This document shows positions 47,227 to 56,340 of a DNA stretch of 64,000 bases, in pieces. This stretch comes from Candidatus Obscuribacteraceae bacterium. GTDB lineage: Bacteria > Cyanobacteriota > Vampirovibrionia > Obscuribacterales > Obscuribacteraceae. The stretch lies in the NCBI GenBank assembly GCA_044226015.1, contig JBGAHS010000009.1, positions 224,001 through 288,000 of the forward strand, read 5' to 3'. Position 1 is the first letter of the stretch. The number at the start of each line of letters is the position of its first letter. The notes below the pieces were generated by a model. The model searched no databases. It was given only the letters and a program-made list of their open reading frames with translations, and was not told the origin of the DNA. The position numbers and the translations under genes are program-made.

Positions 47227-50200
47227 ATGCAAAGTGGTGGACCAGGTCCCAGGAACATCTGGGAGGAAAAGATAGGCGACCTCCGTCGTTATGATCTTGA
47301 TCAATTAGAGCAAGATCCGTTGCGACCGGAGGACATTGAAAGCTGGCCAATTCCAGGTTTGGCATTTGTGAGAGTTGATGGCATTTTGCGTTCTTGGGAC
47401 ATTGAACAAGAAAAGCAACAGAGAAACCAGCAGCCCCAGCAACAAAACGATCCCAATCAACTGCCAAAGCGCATGTACTTGATGGAAGATGCTCTAACTG
47501 GCTTGAACAGCCAGAAGGCATACGTTGCATATTTAGTTCTGGGGAACAGAACCGGCGTTAAATACTACATGGGTATGTCACTGCAAACAGCTCCTGATGG
47601 CTTGGAAGAAAGCGACCTCGCTGAGATTTGCTATAACATTCAAAAATCAATTCTTCATAGCGTATACAACGGCGTAGATATTCACAAGGATATTTACTCA
47701 AGTGATGATTTGAAGCAGCTGATAGCGCCGATGGCTGCTAACGTTGGCATAGTTACTGGTGTTCCCTCCTTAAAAAGCACCGGTGGTGACACTCTAGAGT
47801 CTGAGCAGATTGAGCGTATTGCTAGCGGTTTGCAAGGTCTCGACTTTGGTATGTTGATACTTTGTGCTCCGGTGCCATCAAAGATGGTGTCAGAAGAAGA
47901 GTTTATTATTCTTGACCAGGTGCAGCGTGCTCAAGAAAATGAAGATGCCGAAAAGAAACGGCGTATCAAATACTACCTGGAGTTGCAGGATGCTTACTTG
48001 AAGCACGTGCAGTTGGGGCAAGCCATTGGGCACTGGCAAGTGGGTGTTTATTTCTTTGCTCCTAAAGCTGACGTATTTGTTCGCTTAATGTCATTGATCA
48101 AGGCTACTTACACAGATGAAGGTTCTCGCCCGACTCCATTGCGCACTCACGTGTTCAAGGGGCTGAAAAAGCATCTTCTCGATTTTGGATTGTTGCGTAA
48201 TCCGAGAGCAGATAGCAACGGTCATAAGCTCTTTAACTTCCGCTTTCTCTCACCCCTGAACTCACGTATGCTCTCATCGTTTGTTCATCTGCCTAAGCGA
48301 GAGATGGCTGGGTTTAAGGTGCGACGATCAGCAGAGTTCAGCCTTGCAGCACCAGATGTGAAAAATCCAGAAAGGACAATTGCTGTAGGAAATATTCTCG
48401 ACAAGAATATAGATACCGGTAACTTGTATCACGTGGATGTCGACGCCCTTCAAAAACACACCATCATCTGTGGAGTAACCGGGGGTGGTAAGACTAATAC
48501 ATCATTCTATTTGTTGAATCAGTTATGGCGCTACAAGATACCTTTCATGGTAATTGAGCCTGCTAAGTCTGAGTACAGGTACATGCTTCTCACTTCGGAC
48601 AACTTCAAGGGAATTGGGCAAGCATTCTCACTTGGGGATGAGACTGTTTCGCCCTTCCGATTGAATCCATTTGAAATCATGAAAGGGGTAAAGGTACAAA
48701 CCCATCTCGATGCGTTGAAGTCAGTATTCAACGCAAGTTTTGAAATGTATTCTCCAATGCCTCAGGTTCTGGAAAAAGCGTTGAACCAGATTTATGGTGT
48801 ACGTGGGTGGGACCTCGTTCAGAACAAAAACAGGCGACTTCCACCAGGGATGAGCGTGGGCGACCCTGATTGTCCGCCTGAAATCTATCCCACTATGAAA
48901 GACCTTTTCGAAATTATTGACCCCGTTGTTGAATCTTTCGGATATTCAGAAAGAATCGGTCCTGACGTACAGGCTGCTCTGAAAGCCCGTATTGGTTCTT
49001 TGCTCATCGGTGGTAAAGGACAGATGCTCAATACGCGCAGGTCTATTCCTCCAGAGATTCTCTTCCAGCGTCCAACTGTTGTAGAACTAAAGATGGTGTC
49101 AGAAGACTCTGAAAAATCCTTCTTAATGGGAATGCTTCTTGTGTTTCTCTACGAGTTTAGAGAAGCTCGAGGACCGCACGATGAGCTACAACACGTTATG
49201 TTGGTAGAAGAGGCTCACCGACTCTTGAAAAACGTTCCGACGGGGCAAAGTTCTGAAAGCGCAAACCCGGCAGGTAAAGCGGTTGAATTCTTTACGAACA
49301 TGCTTGCTGAAATTCGTTCTTACGGTCAGGGATTCATCATCGCGGACCAAATTCCAAACAAACTCGCTCCTGAAGCTTTGAAAAATACGAACTTGAAGAT
49401 CATGCACCGTATTGTGGCGGTCGATGACCGTGACTCTATGGGTGGTGCAATGAACCTTGATGATGTTCAGAAACGCCACGTTACAGCACTTGGTCAAGGG
49501 CGTGCAGTAGTTTACGCTGAGAAAATGGAAACCCCATTCCACCTTGCTATTATGTTCGACAAAACTGCAGCTGTACCACCTCCAGAAACGCCAGAGGAAG
49601 GCGACCAAATCGTGCGTGACGCGATGGCCGGTTTGAACATTGTTCAGACATTCGACAGGCATATGGGATGCAAATTCTGCTTGCATCGCTGTGATTCTGC
49701 CATCCTCGATACTGCAGTGATGGTTGCTGACGACACATTGTTCAGGCAAGTCTATAACCGATATTTGCTTTCTACACTGAAGGACTTGACACAACTTGTT
49801 CACTTCAGGGCGCAAATTATTCACGAAATTCAGCGTGTAATCGGCGGACGAGCTCGTTCAGGTAACCTTACGGGGATCACATGGTGCGCTCTGACTCAGG
49901 CAACTGAGAGATATTATGAGAGAAAGGGCGAAGAAAATTATTGGTATTATGACCAGGTAAAAGAGCAGCATTTACGGTGGCTGAACTTGTTGCGTCCAGC
50001 CTTCCAGCCAAGCGAAGTAAACCGCAGGCTTGATATAAGTGTATTGCGCGAATGGAGAGATGATTTCGTCGAACTGCATAAGCGCGACCAGGGACCTCAT
50101 CCTACATGCGGACCTTGCACAGCGAAGTGCTTGTACCGATTTGAAGTTTCGGAAATCGTGCGCGATCCGAAAATCAAGTTTGACTTCAACTCGTCAATCA

Positions 50201-50430
50201 ACCGTAAAGACACTGCTGCTTCCGACTCTGCTGCCTGGTTCTGCCGTTTGTTGACAGAACGAATGATTGGACAGCCAGACATAGATTTGTCGTACTGTCT
50301 TGCAGTACATTTGATCAAAGATCAGCAGCTATCCACCGATGCGCAGCTTGTACTATTGCACAAGGTACGAACAGCTCTGGAAAACTTCCAGAATGAGGCT
50401 GAGGAAGGTGGTGGCGAGGGTGGTGGCTAG
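47227..50430 (+). CDS. HerA/DUF87-like FtsK-HerA superfamily ATPase with Cys-rich C-terminal domain
   Basis: HTIICGVTGGGKT, VIEPAKSEY, LNPFE, Walker B MLVEEAHRLL, LAEIRSYG and ADQIP; C-terminal HMGCKFCLHRC and PTCGPCTAKCLYR. Confidence 0.88.
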   Translation: MQSGGPGPRNIWEEKIGDLRRYDLDQLEQDPLRPEDIESWPIPGLAFVRVDGILRSWDIEQEKQQRNQQPQQQNDPNQLPKRMYLMEDALTGLNSQKAYVAYLVLGNRTGVKYYMGMSLQTAPDGLEESDLAEICYNIQKSILHSVYNGVDIHKDIYSSDDLKQLIAPMAANVGIVTGVPSLKSTGGDTLESEQIERIASGLQGLDFGMLILCAPVPSKMVSEEEFIILDQVQRAQENEDAEKKRRIKYYLELQDAYLKHVQLGQAIGHWQVGVYFFAPKADVFVRLMSLIKATYTDEGSRPTPLRTHVFKGLKKHLLDFGLLRNPRADSNGHKLFNFRFLSPLNSRMLSSFVHLPKREMAGFKVRRSAEFSLAAPDVKNPERTIAVGNILDKNIDTGNLYHVDVDALQKHTIICGVTGGGKTNTSFYLLNQLWRYKIPFMVIEPAKSEYRYMLLTSDNFKGIGQAFSLGDETVSPFRLNPFEIMKGVKVQTHLDALKSVFNASFEMYSPMPQVLEKALNQIYGVRGWDLVQNKNRRLPPGMSVGDPDCPPEIYPTMKDLFEIIDPVVESFGYSERIGPDVQAALKARIGSLLIGGKGQMLNTRRSIPPEILFQRPTVVELKMVSEDSEKSFLMGMLLVFLYEFREARGPHDELQHVMLVEEAHRLLKNVPTGQSSESANPAGKAVEFFTNMLAEIRSYGQGFIIADQIPNKLAPEALKNTNLKIMHRIVAVDDRDSMGGAMNLDDVQKRHVTALGQGRAVVYAEKMETPFHLAIMFDKTAAVPPPETPEEGDQIVRDAMAGLNIVQTFDRHMGCKFCLHRCDSAILDTAVMVADDTLFRQVYNRYLLSTLKDLTQLVHFRAQIIHEIQRVIGGRARSGNLTGITWCALTQATERYYERKGEENYWYYDQVKEQHLRWLNLLRPAFQPSEVNRRLDISVLREWRDDFVELHKRDQGPHPTCGPCTAKCLYRFEVSEIVRDPKIKFDFNSSINRKDTAASDSAAWFCRLLTERMIGQPDIDLSYCLAVHLIKDQQLSTDAQLVLLHKVRTALENFQNEAEEGGGEGGG

Positions 50431-50445
50431 TTATCACACTAATTA

Positions 50446-51804
50446 CTATTTTGTTCCTTCAGGGGAGAGCATTTTGTGAATTGCTCTGTCGGTGTCGGTC
50501 CAAGTCCTTGCTTGCACTTTCTCTACAAAACCTTCTCCTAGTTCTTTCTTGACGAACTGTTCCCATTTTGAAGGCGCTTCTGACCAAAACTGAAATGGTT
50601 TGTCAGGCTGGAATTCTTGCCATCGCCCTTTTTCTTGAGCTACTAGATTTCTAAAATTAACGGAATGAGCCAACTCTCTCAATGCTGCTTGCCCTTCAGC
50701 TGTGTTCGTTAGACTATTTAAATGAGTCTCCATACCTGCTGAAGTCACTTCTGTAAACCGTCCCATACGTAGAGGCATATCCTGAAGTCTGCAGGGACGA
50801 GTAAGTGCAGGCATATCAGACGTATGAGGTAAAAGTTCTGACAATGCTGCGTTCCTTGTAGCAGATTCAGGTTCTGAGTAAAGAATATATCTTATCGGAG
50901 GGGTAAGTTTAGCAGCTTCTCGAGCAGCCTGTAAGGCAGGATGCAAATGAGCGCCCAGATCTCCCTGCGCAAGATCCACTACATTTGCCTCCGCAGCACT
51001 CGCGGCTGTTTGTTCTGCGTTTCTTGACACAGCCTTCAAGTCGAAATTTCCTGTTAAGGCAAGGTGATCCGAAAGGGCAATTGATCTTGCTGAAAGGTCA
51101 GGATGCAGATGCGCTCCAAGGTCTCCATCTACAACTGTTTGTTCGATAGGCGCGGTTCTTGATGCTATCGGATCAATGACTCTAAGCTTGCTCATTCTTG
51201 CTCCTCCAGGTGTCCTTCTTTTCAGCCATTCACTGTGTTGAAACAATTCCGCCGTGTCAATGTGCGACTCATGTCCTCCAAAAAGCATATTGCCGGGGTC
51301 TTCTGGTGGGGGAAAGTCGAAGTCATTACCTTTTCCAAGATGATAATCACGAATCCGAGCAGATTCATGGTCCAATCCCCCAGGACCAAAATTGAAGTCG
51401 CCACTAATTACATGTCTCGGTACTGTAGATTCTTGAGCAAGTATGTCTGACATCTGGCCAGCCTCAGCATGCCCGCCGTAAACGATTTCGGCAGGCTCTC
51501 CGTTGGCTCCTGGTTTAAAGTATGCATTTGCAAAATCACGATTTGTCCTGGGGGTGTTTTTCAAAAAATCACCAAATTCGGCTTTCAAGTTAGCAGCAAT
51601 ATCTTTTTCGCCCTGGCGCATACCGACACCCGCTAGCTTGCTCGCGTTATACAGTCCCCCTACAATGGCTGCTCCTGCCACCACAGTTTCAACAGGATGG
51701 TTTTTCATGAAATCAACAGCCTCTGAGAGAAGGTTTTGATGGGCTGCTTCTTTGCCTGAGTCATGTGATAGCAGTTCTGATCTTGTTAGGTGTGAGTTAT
51801 CCAT
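50446..51804 (-). CDS. Hypothetical protein with N-terminal hydrophobic segment and endonuclease/exonuclease/phosphatase (EEP)-like motifs
   Basis: VISGDFN, HID and LSDHLAL in EEP order; duplicated GDLGAHLHP. Confidence 0.65.
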   Translation of the reverse strand: MDNSHLTRSELLSHDSGKEAAHQNLLSEAVDFMKNHPVETVVAGAAIVGGLYNASKLAGVGMRQGEKDIAANLKAEFGDFLKNTPRTNRDFANAYFKPGANGEPAEIVYGGHAEAGQMSDILAQESTVPRHVISGDFNFGPGGLDHESARIRDYHLGKGNDFDFPPPEDPGNMLFGGHESHIDTAELFQHSEWLKRRTPGGARMSKLRVIDPIASRTAPIEQTVVDGDLGAHLHPDLSARSIALSDHLALTGNFDLKAVSRNAEQTAASAAEANVVDLAQGDLGAHLHPALQAAREAAKLTPPIRYILYSEPESATRNAALSELLPHTSDMPALTRPCRLQDMPLRMGRFTEVTSAGMETHLNSLTNTAEGQAALRELAHSVNFRNLVAQEKGRWQEFQPDKPFQFWSEAPSKWEQFVKKELGEGFVEKVQARTWTDTDRAIHKMLSPEGTK

Positions 51805-52014
51805 TTCTTTTGTTCTCTGTGAAGTTGATGGCCCGATGTTGCGAGGCTAAATTTTTTAGTGTGATTTCTTCGTGAATAGATAGCTCTGGCTTCGTATTCC
51901 GCGCATGGAATGCGGCTGTGGGAATCTACAGTGTATTACCACATGGATCTCCATCGAGCAATTTTTGTAGTGGTGAAACACAGAACAGCTTGTGTTCTTA
52001 CTCTCCATCTTTGA

Positions 52015-52050
52015 ATGAAAAAGGAGCAGCTCATTGCTGCTCCTTTTCAT
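52015..52050 (-). terminator. Rho-independent terminator of the giant LysM gene
   Basis: AAAAGGAGCAGC/GCTGCTCCTTTT stem with a 5-nt loop, about 25 bp after the stop at 52075. Confidence 0.8.
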
Positions 52051-52074
52051 GATCTATGTTTGTTCTTTCTTTTC

Positions 52075-55000
52075 TTAGCTGATTGCTACATTGTTTGATT
52101 CAGCGTATTGACGCCAATTCTTCGTAATGTCATTCTCAGCCATTTGCTTCGCGAGTCGTACTGGCAGATTTATCTGCTTTCCTTTTCTAGAACCACTGGT
52201 GGTGGCTTCATATCTCCATGATTGGTCAGCGTTGATTTCGTATGTCACAACTGCAACCCAGGTGTTGTTCTTTTTGATTTCAAGGCTGATCGTAAATGGA
52301 ACAGAGCCGCCCTTGGCTTCTCCTTTTCTGCTGATTCTGCATCTTTCGGCTAGAACTGTGTATTGATGTTCGTCTTTCTCTTCGTTCTGGATTTGAACGC
52401 GCATCACACGAAGCAAGTTGTCCACTTCTGGTTCATATTCTTCGATGTCTGGACGAACCATTTCCTCCGCGGAAGACGACTCTGCGTTAGCATCATCGGT
52501 GATCGGCGTCGACGGAACAGAACCCGATGCTGGTCCTGATTGCACGCCTTCGCTCGGAACAGATGACACTGGTCCTGATGGCACGATTTGAGGAAGTGTC
52601 GGCTTCCGCTTCTTACCACGATTTTTGTAGTCTTCTATTTCTTGAGTCAGCGGCAGTCGCAGCTTTGTGTTGCGAGAGAGCACTACCACGGGATGTCCAA
52701 AGTCATCCATTTCTGTCGAGAGACCATTCAGTTCAGCAATGAGTTTCCAGAGGGTAACGTCTTTCAACGCCGGGTGCCTCAAAGCGATGGAGCGTAAAGT
52801 GTCTCCCAACCTGCAGGTGTATACAATGCGGTCGTCATGGTACTCGTCAATCTGCGAGGCTTCATGTAGTTTTCCAAGCACATTTTGGATGTTTGCCCGG
52901 CGACGTTCGGACAGATCAACAACATTGTCCTTGTTGTTATCTCTGCCGTTGAGACCCGTCTCTCTAGCTCCTACATTGAGAATATTGAGCAAGCTGAATT
53001 TTGGCTTCTTGGTCTCGCCGGAATTGTTGGTATTAGTTGTGCTTTCGTCATATTCGAAGGCTGGCTTCTTACCAAACATTCTGTTGTTGAATCGTTTGAT
53101 TTCTGACTGTGTTGGCAAGAATATTATGGTTCTTGGCTTCAGCTGCAGTTTTCGTTTGCCATCTTTCATTACCGATGGAATCAATGATCTGTTGATTTCG
53201 TAGATCAACGTAGCCAGTCCGCGATTGTAGAACATTTTTTGTGCGATGGACTCGAGCGTGTCTCCTGGTAGAACGACGTATTTTCTTCGCATTTCGCGTT
53301 GCAGCAGTTGCTCTTGCATCATTTGTTTGTCTGCAAGTTCTTTCTGTGCAGCCTGTCTTATTGCTGCCATCATTGCGGCAGCATATTCTTTGGCTTCGAG
53401 TTCAGCTTTTGCACGTAGCGCTCGCTCGCGTTCCTCTTCTTCTCTTCTTTGATGTTCAGCAAATTCCTTGTCCTTCTGCTGATGCAAGAAGTCTAGTGGA
53501 CCGTGATGCTCTGCACCTTCAAGGTTAGCCATGATGTTTTGATCAAACACAGGGTCAACCCATGCGGTGTTCAGCGGGTCAAGGCTGGCTTGAAGTTCGC
53601 TTTCCAGACCGCTGTCCTGAGAACGGTCCTCAGCCATCAAAGTGTGGATGAACTGGTCGAATATCGTTTCGCCACCTTCCGTTGCACCATTGATCCAATT
53701 GCCTGGTTGGTTCGGATCGTTCATCGGGTTGTTGGGATCTTGGCCGAAGACCATAGAAACCAGAGAGGACGGGTCTGGAGCATTGTTGTCGTTGAACGGA
53801 ATAAACGATTCGTTTGCTTGCTGTATCACATTCATGATGTCGAAATTGCCATCAAGGAACGCAGTTGTTTCAGCCATACTTCCGCTACTGAAGATTTCGC
53901 TCAATGAGTTAGCATCCCAATGAACAGCGTCTTCTGTGCCCTGCAGAGACCTGACGAAGTGCAACGCTTGATCAACAAGTCCCTCGGAAATAATGTTGCC
54001 TCCGGCATCCACGAAATGACGGGAGATGATGTTTCCAAAAGCGTCACGCACGACGATAAGTTCGAAGACGTCGCCGTTGGGAGCTGTGAATACTTGTTCA
54101 ATGGAAGAGATTGTTTGAGCAATACCGTTTTGCAGAAGCTCTGCCAGTACGTTCTTCTCAGCTGTTTCAGCTGAACCCTCTGCGTGCTCTCCTGCGAGCT
54201 GCTTTTGAATCATGCTCAACAAGGTTTCTTCGGAGAACGGGAGTTCGCCGTCTTTGAGCTGGAGTCCAAGTTGCTCTGCAAGTGGTTGCAGCATTTCCGG
54301 CAAAAGTTCAGAAAGCGCTTTCTGTGCTTGTTCCGCGTTAATAGCGGTATCGCCTTCTTTCTTTTCCTTGGATTGCTCGATTACGTCGACTCGCTCCTTC
54401 TTATCTTCAACGTTCCATCCAATCGCACCGGTACCGGACCATAGTCCGTTGAGGGCTTCCAACATAGCGATATCCATTGCCAGTTGTTCGGCTGGTGTCA
54501 AAATTCCATCATTCGGATTGTAAGTGGAAACGTTGTCGTTAGGATTGAAATCAAGTCCGCCTGTTTGATTTCCAGTGTTAGTGTTGTCATTGCTTGCGCT
54601 TGGGTTTGCATCGTAAGAAGCTGATGGATCTGTCGATTTACCATCAACGATGTCATAACCATTTCGATCTGTCTGCGATAACACGTTACCGTCGGAGTCA
54701 GCCACCGTTGTGGTGCCCTCCTTATCGACATAAGTTTGTGTACCATCTGGTTTGACTGTAAGTTCGCTTCCATCTGAGAAGTAAGTCTTTTCTGTGCCGT
54801 CCGGATACACAGTCGTACTACTTCCACCATCAGGAATACTACCCGAGGATGAAGAGTCGCTTGACGAATTAGTTGTCGTAACCGTTCCATTCGGTTCGAA
54901 GGTGCTTGTTGTTGCACCGTCTTGGGAGATTGTAGTTCCATCCGGTGTTTGTGTTACTACAGTTCCATCTGGGTTACTTGTTGTTGTTGAGCCGTCATTA

Positions 55001-56340
55001 TTCAACGTGGTGCTCGAACCGTCTGGATTGGCTGCTGTGCCGGTGTTAGAGAGGTCTGGTAGATTAGAAGTCACGGAATTCCATGTATCAGCTACTGTCG
55101 GTCCGACTGCTGCACCAATGGTTGCACCAGTGGTGACACCAACCCCTGTAACAAGTCCTAGTCCGCCACCCACTCCCGCTCCTATCGTAGTGGCATCCCA
55201 TCCGGAATCTGAATTGTTGCTTCCTGTGTTGTCGCTTCCACTTCCCGTAGGAGGTTGACTGTGGTCGGTATTGATTGGACCGTTGTTAGCAATTGTGCCA
55301 TCTGGAAGGGTGGTGACAAAGCCCGCATCAACATCATGCTGAATGGCGTCATTAGTTATTCCTGGAGAACTTGGTGGTTCAGAGCCACTACTGATTGTTG
55401 TGCTTGGTTCGCCGCTGCCTCTGGTGCCCTGAATAGGTTGATCGTCAAAGCCCATGCCTGGGTCATTTATGCTTGTTCCAGTTCCACCGTTGCCCATTGG
55501 TGTTCCGACAGGGCTAGATGTGCTGTCACCAGATTGAGTGTCAACGTTCTGTCCATTTTGATAGTCAGCTTGGCGCTGTGCTATAGCATCCAGCTGAGAG
55601 TCGGTCATCTGGTTTTGTCTTCCCTGCTGATTTTGTTGTGATACAAAATCTGCAGCGTCCGTACCTCTGGAGTTTGAAGTTGCAGCATAGTTTGGATCAG
55701 ATGTTACTGCATTGATTGAGTCAGTGCTTGAGTTATCGGCGGTTGATGCTGTTGCTTGCGCATCAGCTTTGTCAGCCTGGTAATCGGCCTGTCTTTGGGC
55801 GATAGCGTCAAGCTGGGCGTCGGTCATGTTTGCCGCCCGCGCATCCTGATTTTGTTGAGATACAAAATTTGCCGCATCTGCTCCTCGTGAATCAGATGTG
55901 TTGGCAAGAGTGTAATCTTGGGTTTGCATAGAGCCATCTGCTGCAATACTTTGAGTATTTGCTACTGCAGGGTCGCTCTGTATGTCATTCGCCATCAAGC
56001 TATTTACGTTCTGACTTGCGCTTAGTTGATAAACGCCGTCAGAGTTTGGACTGTATGTAGCGCTGTCGAATGTGCCATCAGTTGGCGACGACGTGCCAGT
56101 GCTGCCCGTGTTTGTATAAATCGGAGTGTCAGGGTAGCTTGAGGAATATCCTGAACCGGAGAGATCTGTACCATTATATGTATTGTTTGAGCTTGAATCG
56201 TAGCTGCCAGAGGATCCACTCGAACTCGGAGGCGTGTAGGTGTCCGTTGGATAGTTCGAGGTGCTGGTGCTACCACTTACGGTTCCGCTGTCATAACTTC
56301 CACCACTGGAAGATCCCCCGATGCCAATTGTTATGTCCAC
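52075..56340 (-). CDS. C-terminal portion of a giant repetitive protein: two LysM-like domains plus conserved C-terminal domain (frame continues upstream to ~56680)
   Basis: KYVVLPGDTLESIA and YTCRLGDTLRSIA LysMs; frame stays open upstream of GTG 56340 and reads ...ASDATTAPATGTT repeats. Confidence 0.85.
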   Translation of the reverse strand: MDITIGIGGSSSGGSYDSGTVSGSTSTSNYPTDTYTPPSSSGSSGSYDSSSNNTYNGTDLSGSGYSSSYPDTPIYTNTGSTGTSSPTDGTFDSATYSPNSDGVYQLSASQNVNSLMANDIQSDPAVANTQSIAADGSMQTQDYTLANTSDSRGADAANFVSQQNQDARAANMTDAQLDAIAQRQADYQADKADAQATASTADNSSTDSINAVTSDPNYAATSNSRGTDAADFVSQQNQQGRQNQMTDSQLDAIAQRQADYQNGQNVDTQSGDSTSSPVGTPMGNGGTGTSINDPGMGFDDQPIQGTRGSGEPSTTISSGSEPPSSPGITNDAIQHDVDAGFVTTLPDGTIANNGPINTDHSQPPTGSGSDNTGSNNSDSGWDATTIGAGVGGGLGLVTGVGVTTGATIGAAVGPTVADTWNSVTSNLPDLSNTGTAANPDGSSTTLNNDGSTTTSNPDGTVVTQTPDGTTISQDGATTSTFEPNGTVTTTNSSSDSSSSGSIPDGGSSTTVYPDGTEKTYFSDGSELTVKPDGTQTYVDKEGTTTVADSDGNVLSQTDRNGYDIVDGKSTDPSASYDANPSASNDNTNTGNQTGGLDFNPNDNVSTYNPNDGILTPAEQLAMDIAMLEALNGLWSGTGAIGWNVEDKKERVDVIEQSKEKKEGDTAINAEQAQKALSELLPEMLQPLAEQLGLQLKDGELPFSEETLLSMIQKQLAGEHAEGSAETAEKNVLAELLQNGIAQTISSIEQVFTAPNGDVFELIVVRDAFGNIISRHFVDAGGNIISEGLVDQALHFVRSLQGTEDAVHWDANSLSEIFSSGSMAETTAFLDGNFDIMNVIQQANESFIPFNDNNAPDPSSLVSMVFGQDPNNPMNDPNQPGNWINGATEGGETIFDQFIHTLMAEDRSQDSGLESELQASLDPLNTAWVDPVFDQNIMANLEGAEHHGPLDFLHQQKDKEFAEHQRREEEERERALRAKAELEAKEYAAAMMAAIRQAAQKELADKQMMQEQLLQREMRRKYVVLPGDTLESIAQKMFYNRGLATLIYEINRSLIPSVMKDGKRKLQLKPRTIIFLPTQSEIKRFNNRMFGKKPAFEYDESTTNTNNSGETKKPKFSLLNILNVGARETGLNGRDNNKDNVVDLSERRRANIQNVLGKLHEASQIDEYHDDRIVYTCRLGDTLRSIALRHPALKDVTLWKLIAELNGLSTEMDDFGHPVVVLSRNTKLRLPLTQEIEDYKNRGKKRKPTLPQIVPSGPVSSVPSEGVQSGPASGSVPSTPITDDANAESSSAEEMVRPDIEEYEPEVDNLLRVMRVQIQNEEKDEHQYTVLAERCRISRKGEAKGGSVPFTISLEIKKNNTWVAVVTYEINADQSWRYEATTSGSRKGKQINLPVRLAKQMAENDITKNWRQYAESNNVAIS

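Noticed and set aside
39646..50430. Conjugative element or ICE
   Set aside because: No relaxase, integrase, mating-pair genes, flanking direct repeats or obvious compositional shift in the window.
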